Of a stretch of 64,000 bases of DNA, positions 13,553 through 26,831 are shown in pieces. Origin of the DNA: Vairimorpha necatrix (Eukaryota); contig CP142736.1 in NCBI GenBank assembly GCA_036630325.1, forward strand, positions 682,001-746,000. The letters are read 5' to 3'. The notes beneath the pieces are model-generated. The model was not told the origin of the DNA. It did not search any database and worked only from the letters and a program-made list of their open reading frames with translations. Every line of letters starts with the position of its first letter. Position 1 is the stretch's first letter. The position numbers and the translations under genes are program-made.

Positions 13553-15899
13553 TTTTATTTACCCCCATAAAAATTTTATTTATATTTTACATGTTTATTT
13601 ACACTACAAGAAAACACTGTGAATAAACAAACTTAAACAATTGAATAAACAAATTTCTTAAAACAAACATACGAGTATCAAAAAAATATTTTGATAACTT
13701 TGATTGCTTTTTACTTATAAGAAAAAATTAGAATGTTCAAAGTCGATTTTCCATGTCATATAAATCCTATTGTTGGAATGAAACCATAGGTTTATTTATT
13801 ATAAAATATTTAAAGAACAACATGTCAAATGTCTCAGAAAGGCCAATGCCGGATTTGACATGTGTTACACTTCCTACACTTATAATTATAAAGTTTTTTT
13901 GATTATCAAATCTATTAAAAGTAATTCGTATAGCCAACAAAGATAAATGTGTAAATCCAATTATAGTTTGTAGAAAATAGACATGTTGTAATATGGAAAA
14001 AAGTAATCAATAATTCTTTCGATTAGCAAGGTTGCATAGGGAGTTAAAATTAAATAAAACCTAAGATAGAGCATCAAAAATACTTTTTTCAGGTATTAAC
14101 TGGACATCATAAATTATAAAAAGCAATTTAATCATCTATACCATATGTATTTGAAATAAAAAGCAGAAAATAACTTATAATAACAAAAACTAATGTGATC
14201 GGATAACCCCACGTTTTTGCAAAACATAAGTTAGCATATTAATCAATATATATATATATATAGAGTTCGTATTTTCATTAACAGACCTATGATGAGTAAA
14301 TACTCAATGAACGTTCATTGAGCATACAGCACGAAATATAGATCATATATCTGTAATCAAAATATTATACTGAAATTTCAACATGAATCAAAAAAATTTA
14401 AATCCGCCTACGGCTAAATTCTACGACATCATGTAATGAATATATTACTTCCATCTATTTGTTGCAAACCAATAATTCATACTATAAGGGTCAAAAAAAT
14501 ATAATGTCATTTATATTCGGTTTGCTTTTTACAAATAACATTATAATGTCTAAATTTAATTCTTACGTTGTGATTCTATCGATACAAAATTTTTTAATTT
14601 GGCGGGAAACGATTTTTTTGCGTTAAAATTTATACACATAAAAATAATGAATTCTCTAGTTAAAATACTGTAATAGAGACGAGTTTGACATATATAATAT
14701 AATTTGAAGAGATTTTTATTATTATAACCTATATTTGCTTTTTTATTTTACTCTTTGAAAAAATCACATTAAAAAAAAAATTTATTTGTTGGTGTTTCAT
14801 ATTGTCATAATCAAACATATAAGCCCAAATTTTTCTATACTAAATAAATTTCCGAAAGGATTTGTTAACATCCGAATTGGCGGAACTTCAATACATTTCT
14901 TAAAAACTGTAAATAGCAAGATCGGCGAGTAATATAAACATATGAAAGAGTAAAAATCATTATAGTATTACATTCTTTATAAAGAAATAGAACTTCTATA
15001 AAAAAATTGATAAAAAAGTACATAAAGTATCTTTAGAAATCTTGTAAAAATAATATATACTCTAATATTTTTGAATAAAAAACCTAACTGTAAATCTCAT
15101 AAAGATGCTTAGAGAATTATCCAACAAATGTGGTCGAATATGGAAGTTTGATTATATGAAAAGACAAAAAGATGTGGTTAACATGTATAACATTTAACAT
15201 GTTATAATCTACTTTCACGAAGTAAAAAATATATACGTGACTAAGTATAGAAGATCTTATTTTAATTGATCAGAAATAAAGTCGAGACAAAAATATCTAA
15301 ATATTTTAAAATACCCCGATACCAGGTATTTCTAATTTGACAAGAAGAAAAAAGAAAGGACATTGGCGAAGCTGAAATTTCAATCGGGATAGACTTACCA
15401 TAGTTGTGAATGAAGAGTTAAGAAATATTATTCTTTTACTTTAGGAAATAAATATGATCGTGTAATAGTTTTAGAGAAGACACAGGATGAAAAAAGGTCA
15501 AGTTACTACTAAAGAACGATAAAAAAACTAAAAATTAATTTTTTTTTCGAAGCATACATCCAATATTTTTCGCTACAAAGGCGTTGGTGTATCTCCATTT
15601 GAAACAAAGACTAGAATTACGATCACTAAAGATGCTAGAGAGGAATACGTGGGAAGACTCTAAGTGCACTGGCCGAGAATATATTTGCTAAAGAAGTGGT
15701 ATGTGTATGAGAATAGTAGTATATCAAAAGATTTTATAAGCATTTATCATATTAGTATTTGAAATTGAAATTCAAAATATATAAGCGCTCCTAAATATAA
15801 GTGCTATCAACATCTAACATCTAGGAAAAATGCACAATTATATGAATTATTTAAATCTTTTTCAAAATTAAAAAAAATTTACAAATGTATTAAAATAGT

Positions 15900-18516
15900 G
15901 GAGCTTTGTATATTAGGTTTGTGTCTATATACTATATAAAAAAATAACCCTTTTGCTTGTTAACTCTTTCGACGTGGCAGCTGGTGCGGAACTGAAAATG
16001 AAAGGATTAACATTCAGAATTTCTAAGGCCAAGGCAGACTTGGAATATTTATAGTTACAGTTCAACCCCCATAACATTATCCAAGACAAGGCGAAGATAT
16101 CAATTTTCCTTATGATTTTTGAGAGGGAGGCCCAAATTCTACTTACACAAATAGAAAAATCTATAAATGTAATATGAAGCAACTAAAAGGGGAATTGAAA
16201 AAAATGACAGAAAAAATACACTTTTTAAATTACTAGAAGCTAGACAAAATTTAAATGAACCAGTGAGAGAATGACTAGCAAGAGTTATAACTATTGCTTA
16301 TGATTCGGGCATTAGGAAGAAATCGGCAATTAAATAATTTTAAGGACATTTTATTATAGAAGGATTTGTAACATTTAGAGGCTACTTTTTCAACCAGTAT
16401 CTATTCGAGGATTGCTTAAATAAGATAGAATTATTAAGGAGGAGAGAATACTTAATGAAAAAAAAAGGAAAATTTGGAAATAAAAAATCCATAGGGTTAG
16501 CATTAAGCAAAAAAGAATCAACAAATATGTTCCGGAAGAGAACAAAATATGTACTTAAAAATTATAATTAACAATCTACAAACACCATTAGGAGAAGTCA
16601 AGACAACGGTAGTATGTATTGCGGGCGATAAAATATATGCAGTAGTAGATATTAGAAGTATTTGTAATTTAATTAGTTGGAAGCTGGTAGAAGAAAAGAG
16701 ATTTCTTAACAACAAAATAAAAGTGACTACTAAAACTAATATCTTTGAACAAGAAAACACTTTAACAGAGTACGTAGAAATAACTGCACCTTATATAACA
16801 TCCAAATAACGACCAACTTCAACATTATGACCAATAATCAGTTCATCTTTTGATTGAACCCCTAAATTATGTAAATTAAAAAAATTGAGACATGAGATAG
16901 GTGAACTTGAGAAGAAGGGTTGTAAAGTATTTAAAGTAAGCCATCAGAAGGTTCTAATAAAATATTAGGCACAATAAATACAAAAGAAGCAACCTGAGTC
17001 AATGTTAAAAAAATAAATATACCAAATGGGGCATAAAAGGTAACTGAAAAGCAAAAACAAAGCTATTAAATTCAAGTTATATAAAAAGACAACCTAGCCA
17101 TGATACAATCATGCCCCCAGTAAAAACCCCCCCGATGAAAATATAGAATATCTGTTACAACAGATGGTTAAATAAAATCGTAGAGGACAATAATTACTCG
17201 GTCCCAAAAATAAATGAAACTATCGATATGACACAGAGCAAAAAGATTTTCACAGTATAAAACCTAACGGATAAAATTTTTCCAAATTAAAATTGATCCT
17301 AAGGATAAATTTAAAACATCCCTTTATTTAAGAACAATTTGTATCAAAGTACTAAAATGCCATAAGGTTTTAAGAATTTACCTGCAATTTTTCATAAGAT
17401 AATGGACAACATCTTATGCGATATCATGAAAAATAAATTAAAGGCCTATATAGACGGCATAATTGTATATGGCGATTCCGAAAAGAGCTGATCAGAGCTT
17501 TTTAGAAGTTCTACAATAAGTTATAGAAAAAAAATGCATTATAAATGTACAAAAAAAAACTTTTGCCATCTAAGATCAACGAGTCAACTCAAAGACCAAA
17601 AAGAGAACATCAGAGAAAGATTTTAAATTTAAAAGAACCAAAAATAAGAAACCCCTACAAAAAAACTAGGATTTGCTAATTACTATAAAAAATATATCGC
17701 GCGGCTAGCAACAATTTCGCAACCATTAAATGATGCACTTGATGGTCTTTAAAACAAAGATTAATTTTAAAGGAATGAAGAATGTGAGACGCATTTTGCA
17801 ACATAAAACTATAGATAAATTCTGTCATAGCAACAAACGTAACAGACTTTACAAAACTTATTGTTCTTACAATAATTACTTCTAATAACGGAATCAAGTG
17901 TGGCCTTTAAGAATTAAAAGTTGGTGAACTTATGCTATTGATTGGGGATAAAAAAACTGCCCTAAGCAAATAAAATACCTATTAACTGTGAAAAATATCT
18001 AGCAATGGCTTGGGGATATAGCACTATAAACTATATCCTTGGACTTGGTTTTAAACTAATAATTAAATACACTGCCCACACAGTTCCTAAACTAAACATA
18101 TATTTTATAATATGAAACTAGAACATAGGGTAACAACTTTAAAGCTTTGGTTCCCCGATACACTACAAGAAAGGCACAAAAATCATTGAGGCTGATGTAT
18201 TAAATAGAACTTATGAACCGTCAAACCGAACTAACGATTTGAAGTGCTCAAAAGATGAGCTCATCGATTCTAAAGATACACAGTATTATTAAGTAAATAA
18301 CACAAAAACAAAGAACTTATCGCCAGTCGAAGATAGGCCAGCGCTTCCTGAGGATGCATATAAAAAGCTTACAAACTATGGTGGAAGAGATACAATGCTT
18401 CATGATAAAAAAAGAAACTATCAATGGCCCAAATAAAACGAATCAATTGTTCAATATCTTAAACGTCGTAAACCTTGTCAATGTAATCAACAAAAGACAC
18501 AAGGAGAAGAAAAATT
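15900..18516 (+). pseudogene. Heavily decayed Ty3/gypsy gag-pol remnant, cut off by a Merlin derivative
   Basis: Residual motifs: MP*GFKNLPAIF (about 17356), AYIDGIIV (about 17444), IIEADVLNR (about 18182) and an integrase zinc-finger region near 18350-18480. The left boundary is approximate. Confidence 0.7.
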
Positions 18517-19095
18517 AGTACATTACCGTTTGGAACCCGCATTGAAAATTTGAAAAGACCCTTTATACAAAAAAAAACCAAAATTTGAAAAACAGATGAG
18601 TTTTTTTTATATGGAAATAAATTAAAGTTCATTTAAAAAATTGAATAATGCATAAATGACGGTTGTCTTACTTGTTTTGTTTGCTGTATAAATGCGGCTT
18701 TTCTACTTGAAGTAATGCAATATAATATATCATCATGTTCTATTGTGGTTACTGATCAATGGAGAACATATTTTGCTGTACAGACAAATCGCGCTGATAA
18801 GCACAGGACTATGAACCACGTCGTCAATTTCGTTTACTTATACGATCTCGAGACACAATACCAAACAATAAAGAATTTGTTTTCGTTTCAAGAGATATAT
18901 TTAGTAAGAATGGAATTAATAGGACAACACTCTGAGTACCTTTTATAGTTCCTTTGTCTTATAAAATACCCCAAACCGATGTATAAATAATCATCTTTTT
19001 TTTGATTTAAAATAAATTTTAAAGTCTCTTTATATATTTTTTTTTTATATTTACTTTTTTAAATTTAAAATGCAGGTTTCAGACGGTCATGTACC
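18517..19095 (+). mobile_element. Non-autonomous Merlin (IS1595-like) deletion derivative, family 2
   Basis: Imperfect TIRs of about 35 bp (AGTACATTACCGTTTGGAACCCGC / GCAGGTTTCAGACGGTCATGTACC). Internal transposase remnant SIVVTDQWRTY...HRTMNHVVNFV. No matching TSD. Confidence 0.75.
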
Positions 19096-19625
19096 GATTA
19101 AAGTATATTTAGAGATTCTACAATGTTGGATTTTAATATCGAATCAATATTTAATTTTGTAGTATCTTTCTTGTTTAATTTAATTTAAATTCTAACTCGT
19201 ATAATTATATGTACACAGATCTATAGCTATCATTTCTTTGTTTTAATTCTTTTAAAAAATTAAAAAATAATGCGAAATAAACAATAAACATTCATTGTGT
19301 GTTGTATGGTACAAAAATAACATACATATAGTTACAACAATGGAGATTCATCAGGAATTTATTCTTAAAATATCATAGACGTACAGAACTCAATAATTAA
19401 CTAAAATATCTGTTGTAAACTAGCACAATAATTTCTTTAAATAGAATTAAGGATAAATACCGACAATATCAACTTGGTGGCAGGCATCTTTTTTCATAAC
19501 ATCACTTATTTTACTTTTGTTATCATGTTAAAAAACATGACTTGTCATATTTGTCCTGTTATATTTATATCTACATTATAACCTTTTGTATTAATAAATT
19601 TGTTTCATTGTTTATGTTTGTGTGC

Positions 19626-19745
19626 GATATTGTTTAAGTTCCATTGTAAAATTGTTTAAGTTTGTTTGCAATATTGTTTGAGTTTGTTTGTAATATTGTA
19701 AAATTGATTGAGTTTATATGTAAAATTGTTTAAGTTTGTTGATTA
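19626..19745 (+). promoter_or_regulatory. Tandem imperfect repeats (about 22 bp) of the ATTGTTTAAGTTTGTT type upstream of the EnP1-like gene
   Basis: About 5 copies lie 60-180 bp upstream of ATG 19804. The regulatory role is inferred. Confidence 0.5.
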
Positions 19746-19803
19746 AAAAGTTATTTAAACAAACAAATAAAACTATAAATAAAGAAAAAAATTTAACCCC
19801 AAT

Positions 19804-21201
19804 ATGTTTTTCGTGAACTTGCTCATTGTTTTCATTAAAACAATAAGACCATTTACTGCTGTCATTGCAGAAGGAACATGCGAACAAATACCCGAAGATA
19901 TTTGTAAGGCTGTAGGTAGACGAGGGGTTGTAGCTAATTCTACAAATATCAATGCCATGGTAAACTTATTGAATAAAATGAACATTGAAAAGGCCTATGT
20001 ATTTGGGTGGGAAGATTGCCCCGAGACCATGGTATTGTATTCTAATGGAGCTCTTGTCCCATACATCAAAGACAGAATCAGTAGTAAATACGCAATGTGC
20101 ATAGGTGATTGTCCATGTAGACCTAAAATACTAGGTGAATCTACTAAAGAATGTTGTGCTATTAAGGAAGAGAGACCTAAATCATGTTGCGGAGCAAAGA
20201 ATGTAGAATCCAAGACCTGTTGTAGTACAGATAAAAGGGCCGAAAGTCTATGCTCGTGTAATCAGATGCTAGTTAACAAATCTGGTTTTACAATGAAAAG
20301 CCAACCTCGCGTGTCGTGTTGTAATACGCAAGAAACAACATCATTCTGTAACATTAAAGATCATGAAGGTAAAATGACAGAATCCAAAAAGAGTTTTCTA
20401 ACTCAAGAATCAGCGCCCCGTCAATTTGAAAGATATAAAGGTTCATGTTGTTACATTGACAAGAGATCGTGCTGTAAACAGACACGACCGAGAGCTTGCA
20501 GTAATGATCGTAAAAATAATTGTAGATGTCATTTAAATAAAAGACCGTGCTGCAGTTATGATTATAAACAGCATTGTTTTAAAACAAAAAGATGTTGTAT
20601 TGATAAAAACTCATACAATGATAATAATCATAAGCGACGCCTTTGTAATAATGAACACTACGAAGAATCTCATGGATCAAGACAAGAAAGCGAGTCTTCT
20701 TCAGACATTTATATTCAGAGCTCGGAAGAATATTGTGACGTGAAAATAGATAATTGCTTAGTACCTCCTACTATCGAACATAATGAATATTTTCAAGAAT
20801 TTTTTTATGCCGATGAAGAAAGAAAAAATAAAACGACGACAATAAAATCAAAATCTTTTGAATTTAAGACAGTCGAAGATGGAAATATTTCTTTAGCAGA
20901 AAATGAACACACATATCAACACACAAAAAAAGAAATAGTAATTGACAAATGTGATGGTAAACTGTTGAAAATTCCTAGAAAATTATATGATCCATTCCTA
21001 CTCTATCAAATTACTAGTAAACTCAGTTCCAAGCATCGTATGCCCGTGTGTCTATATATCACTGACGATGATTTATTATTTGTGATGATAAATCATAAGA
21101 TGTATCACGTTGACATAACATGTGGAAAGTTAGTACTTGAAGAAGTATGTAATAAAGATAGGGAAATGCTTCAATTGCATCTCATAAGATTTAGAAATTA
21201 A
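19804..21201 (+). CDS. Cys-rich spore-wall protein, EnP1/SWP30-like
   Basis: Signal peptide and CCCC motif before the ATG. N-terminal AEGTC...AYVFGWEDCP...YAMCIGDCP and C-terminal PVCLYITDDDLLFVMIN blocks recall Encephalitozoon EnP1 (recalled similarity, not searched). Confidence 0.75.
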   Translation: MFFVNLLIVFIKTIRPFTAVIAEGTCEQIPEDICKAVGRRGVVANSTNINAMVNLLNKMNIEKAYVFGWEDCPETMVLYSNGALVPYIKDRISSKYAMCIGDCPCRPKILGESTKECCAIKEERPKSCCGAKNVESKTCCSTDKRAESLCSCNQMLVNKSGFTMKSQPRVSCCNTQETTSFCNIKDHEGKMTESKKSFLTQESAPRQFERYKGSCCYIDKRSCCKQTRPRACSNDRKNNCRCHLNKRPCCSYDYKQHCFKTKRCCIDKNSYNDNNHKRRLCNNEHYEESHGSRQESESSSDIYIQSSEEYCDVKIDNCLVPPTIEHNEYFQEFFYADEERKNKTTTIKSKSFEFKTVEDGNISLAENEHTYQHTKKEIVIDKCDGKLLKIPRKLYDPFLLYQITSKLSSKHRMPVCLYITDDDLLFVMINHKMYHVDITCGKLVLEEVCNKDREMLQLHLIRFRN

Positions 21202-24200
21202 ATAAATACTTAGTGTAACATATTTTCTCAATACACAAAAAAAAAACACTTTTCTTTAACACTTCTTTTTTTTTCTGATATATTACTATTAAAGTTATGA
21301 CTTAAAAGTTTGAATTTGAATCTTATAATAATGTGCCTTTGTAAAGACTCATGTCATTTACAAGCGTGAAAGATGCATTATTTATTTTTTATGAAAATCA
21401 TTATTAATAGAGTTTATTTCTAATTGATATTTGCTCGAACAAACACAATAATACTAATCTACATAAAAACATCGTTTAGCATATTTTTACTAAAATTTAT
21501 CTTAATCATATTTTTTTTTCATGGCTTATATACTTATAAAATCATTTTTTTGTTGTAAAAGGTCTACGTATTACTAGACGTAAAATTTAATGAGTTTAGA
21601 AAGATTTAGAAATGATATATTTATTTTAAATCATCAAATTGTATTTTGTAATTGACAATTCGTTATGTACGCTAATATATCAATTAAATTTAAATTTTAT
21701 GTTTTAATTCGTTTTGAATGAGTTCTACGATATATTTTATGATATATTTCGTAGAGACCAGGGCATACATCATATCATGAGACTTAAAAGCATCGGAATT
21801 AGAGTATAGTTTTTTGTACTTACAAATTGGGATATAATACATTTGGATTCATTTCACCTTTAGATCATTATTACTATAAGTCACTTCTGTGTCAGATTAA
21901 CAAACTCCGATTAAACTTTCTATTTTTATACAAACCCATTTTTGTGGCTATAAAGTCAATGATGGCATTATATTTTTTATATATCTACTTCTACTATATT
22001 ACACCAATAATGTTAAATGGTTTTTATTTTTTTCGTGTTTTAAAACACACCAATTTTATAACTTCATACTTATTGTGTCATTAAGATTTAATCTAGTTGA
22101 GATTCTCAAACTGATTTTTCGAAGAGCATTTATTATATTAATTACATCTTTAAACGAATTATGTTTTTGTAAAACTTAAATCCAATATATCATAAAGACA
22201 TTTTTTAGGGTTTTTTAACATTTCCACAAAAAAAAAAACGAAAACATATTACTCATAAAAATGTGTATAATTAGTATAAAACAATTGAACCTAAAACATT
22301 TAGAAGATACTTTATTATTGTTATTAGGTTGGTATGATTTAATTTTCTATTTAAGTTTTGCTTAGATGTAATTTCTAATTTTTTAGAAACCATGATCTTT
22401 TTTTTTTAAATTCACCCAGCACAGGTAGAAGTTTAAATAAAAAACAAGAAGAAGAACGAATCAAGTTGATAGCGTTATAAAAAAAAAGAATGCATACGCT
22501 AGTGTACTTTTAAAATATTAAGAAAAAACAATAATTAAAAATTAAAACAATAATACTTATATAAAAAAATATGAAAATAACAAATTGAAAATTTATCCAG
22601 GATATTTCAAATTTTTTAAAAAAATGCAAAGGTCTTATTGAAGATGATGAAAGTCGAGTTGTACAAAGGGAATTAAAATACTAGTAACGGGAGTGTCTTA
22701 CACGATTATTGTTTTTATATTATGAATAATGACTACTTTATTCAAGAAAAACTTTATAATATGAGAAAATGCATAAATGTTATATGTAAATAGATATTGG
22801 AAGTCCAACATAAAGTGTTTATGTTTGTCTGAACAATACAATGTAAATTGATCCTGTTTCTAAAACAAATATTTTTTTAAAAATAATCGAATCGGCTCTT
22901 TATGTCTAAAAAAAAATTTAGATAAAAAAGATATTGCAGTAATTTTTATTTCGGAAAGATTTTTAACTCGAACCACATAAATCTGAACTCAAATAGGAAG
23001 TTTAAGCATCCTATTAAATGCCTGAAACCGTTAGGGTGTTTAGACAAACAACTATGTACATTCTGTCATTGTTTCTCACTTCTTCGTATTTCAATGTATT
23101 GATATGTTACACAAAAGCCAAATATCTATAATATAATTATCGCTAATATAAAAATAATCCAGAAATAATTATAATTTATAATATAAAAATCCATAATTCA
23201 AATTCTACTATACTGTAACATATTGACGTATAAATTTTGAAGAGCACGAAGTTTACACATTTTATATGGCGTATAATGATTTCGCATAAATGAAATTAAT
23301 TATAGTTTAAAATGAAGTATTAGATTTTTTACGATAATAAAGACCTAAAAACATTTTGGATTGGTTTTAATTTAAATGAAAATAGAATCAGATTCTACTA
23401 GTGTTTTATTAGAAATCAAAACTCAGTTGTAAGTTCTGTATCTCATACATTGCGACTTTAAGATTAACGATACAATGATTTCTTTAAATATTGAAACCAT
23501 ATTTAGTAGTCATTGTTTATGGTAAAAATAAATAAAGCTTAAAGAAAACGTATGAACTGTAAAATACAACATATGTTATTGTTCAAACAGCCACAGTATA
23601 TATGCAATTAGGCTAGAGCTAGAAGACTGTACTGAGACAAATACGGACAAAATTACACAAAATGAATTTGGAATCCAGACAAAAAATTAGATATCAAAAT
23701 ATGCAAAGGAATAAGCCATTATAGCCCAATTCTAGAGTTTTTTGGGTCGCTTCGCAAAAAACTTAAAGCCATGAGACAATTCTCAATTGTATATTTTTTT
23801 TATTTCACTAATCTAATGCAAAAATTATTTTCATATTTTTAATTTATAATCGGAATCTATTTATTTTATATTTATACGACTGTTTTTGATAAAAAAATTT
23901 TCTTTATTAAATCAAGGGCCTATTTCTAAAAAATTATTGTTTTCTTTTTTTAGACATTAAAATGCATTTTGTTAATATTTTCTAATTTTTTGTTGGAGAC
24001 AATATATCCCGAGAGACACAAAGACGTTTTACAAATTCAGAAACATAATCTTATAAATTTAAATTGAAGTTTTCACTAAAAGGGGGTTACTTGTAAATAT
24101 TGTTAATTACAGTCAAATTAAATAGATCCACGAGAGTTCAAATAATTGAATGTTATATTTAAGTTTTTAAATAGTTTTAAAACATATATATAAATGAGAA

Positions 24201-25547
24201 ACTAAATATTTTAGAAATATATGTTTTTTTATATATTCTTGCTGTAGTATCCGATCAAATATTGACGAAACATATTTTTACAAGTAGAGATTTGTTTGCC
24301 TGCATAAGCTTTAAAAACATTTTAAAAGAAGGGTTGAGATATTACACTAAAATATTTACAATTCTTGTAACAGCTACATCGATTTCCCACGTTGGTTATA
24401 TACAGTTACAACTCCTCCTCTAACTAAAGTTATATGTAAATGTTTCAAAATTACCTCTCAAAAAATATATTATTTTTTCTGTCGCGGCCAAATAAAGGGC
24501 CTGGTCATGATGGTATGTTGCTTTATCATTTTTTTTAGGTGTTTCATCGTTTCATATATTAATTTTGTGGCTCAATGTTTATATTTTAGAAAATCCACTA
24601 CTTTTGTTTGTATTTATCAAAAGCTAACAAAATATACCTGTATAATTTTATATTTTTGTAGGGCTACTTTCATGTCATAATGACATATCACATAAAATAA
24701 ATCTGTCAAACAACTTATCATTGACCGATAAACGTCAAAAAATCAACAAAAAATATTTATAGAGATATATTTTCATGTACGATACAAACAATTAGTATTC
24801 TTGTTAAACATACATTAAAAATAAAAAAAGAAGTGCATGTAATCAAATAGGAACAAGGCCAATGAAGCTATCAGTAAGTGAAGAAATAAAAATATATTTT
24901 AAGAGCATATGTACTTTATACTACATAAATTAATATACAATTATACATGATGCATTTATTTGTATTATACATCACAAACTCACCATGGAAAAGATATAAT
25001 ATATTTTTATGTGAGTATCAAAGTCAAAGTGTCATCTCACATCTTAAAAATGTCAAGTTTCTTGTTTATTTGTTTAAGTCAACAAATAAACAAAACAAAT
25101 GTGTATTAGACAAAATAATTTTATATCTGAGAATTAGATAATAGATCATTTAATTATTAGAATAATCATAATTTAAGATAAATATATAAGTTGTGTTATG
25201 TATAATACTGCAGTATCATATAGTCTCAGTTGTTCATGAAGCATCATGTAGAATCCATTTTGTTTTTTATACATTATTTACACAATTATAAATGTTGCTA
25301 ATCTCAGATTACAATTTTGATCAGTGAATCAGTGATTAATCAATCATTTGCTGATTTATTAAAATAATTTTTTACCCTTGTAAAATTTTATTTCATCCAA
25401 TCTGATATTATATCATTTATTAAGTATTTTTAAACAATTATAGTTTTCATATTTTATATTATAAGAATTTGTATTAAGAAATATATTTATTTCTAATATT
25501 TTCATAAATACTGATTAAAATCAAATATATTGATTTTTAATACACAA

Positions 25548-26794
25548 CACCAGGTTGATTCTGCCTGACGTAGACGCTATTCCCTAAGATTAACCCATGC
25601 ATGTTTTTGATATGGAAAAATGGACTGCTCAGTAATACTCACTTTATTTAATGTATTAAATTAGTATAACTGCGTTAAAGTGTAGCATAAGACATATACA
25701 GTAAGAGTGAGACCTATCAGCTAGTTGTTAAGGTAATGGCTTAACAAGGCAATGACGGGTAACGGTATTACTTTGTAATATTCCGGAGAAGGAGCCTGAG
25801 AGACGGCTACTAAGTCTAAGGATTGCAGCAGGGGCGAAACTTGACCTATGGATTTTATCTGAGGCAGTTATGGGAAGTAATATTCTATTGTTTCATATTG
25901 TAAAAGTATATGAGGTGATTAATTGGAGGGCAAATCAAGTGCCAGCAGCCGCGGTAATACTTGTTCCAAGAGTGTGTATGATGATTGATGCAGTTAAAAA
26001 GTCCGTAGTTTATATTTAAGAAGCAATATGAGGTGTACTGTATAGTTGGGAGAGAGATGAAATGTGACGACCCTGACTGGACGAACAGAAGCGAAAGCTG
26101 TACACTTGTATGTATTTTTTGAACAAGGACGTAAGCTGGAGGAGCGAAGATGATTAGATACCATTGTAGTTCCAGCAGTAAACTATGCCGACGATGTGAT
26201 ATGATATTAATTGTATTAGATGATAGAAATTTGAGTTTTTTGGCTCTGGGGATAGTATGATCGCAAGATTGAAAATTAAAGAAATTGACGGAAGAATACC
26301 ACAAGGAGTGGATTGTGCGGCTTAATTTGACTCAACGCGAGGTAACTTACCAATATTTTATTATTCAGAGAAGATTTATAATCTGAGAATGATAATAGTG
26401 GTGCATGGCCGTTTTTAATGGATGCTGTGAAGTTTTGATTAATTTCAACAAGACGTGAGACCCTTTTATTAATAGACAGACACAATCAGTGTAGGAAGGA
26501 AAGGATTAAAACAGGTCCGTTATGCCCTCAGACATTTTGGGCTGCACGCGCAATACAATAGATATATAATCTTTATGGGATAATATTTTGTAAGAGATAT
26601 TTGAACTTGGAATTGCTAGTAAATTTTATTAAATAAGTAGAATTGAATGTGTCCCTGTTCTTTGTACACACCGCCCGTCGCTATCTAAGATGATATGTGT
26701 TGTGAAATTAGTGAAAACTACTTGAACAATATGTATTAGATCTGATATAAGTCGTAACATGGTTGCTGTTGGAGAACCATTAGCAGGATCATAA
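25548..26794 (+). rRNA. Microsporidian SSU rRNA (about 1.25 kb)
   Basis: 5' CACCAGGTTGATTCTGCC plus universal blocks GTGCCAGCAGCCGCGG, TTGTACACACCGCCCGTC, AAGTCGTAAC and GGATCA. Confidence 0.98.
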
Positions 26795-26831
26795 TAAGTT
26801 AAATTTAAATTAATTAGTAATTATTAAATTT
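26795..26831 (+). other. Very short ITS (about 37 bp)
   Basis: AT-rich spacer between the SSU end and the LSU start. Ends are approximate. Confidence 0.8.

Noticed and set aside
14890-15720. Possible additional decayed integrase remnant
   Set aside because: Only faint motifs such as GVGVSPF, with no LTR, TSD or usable frame.
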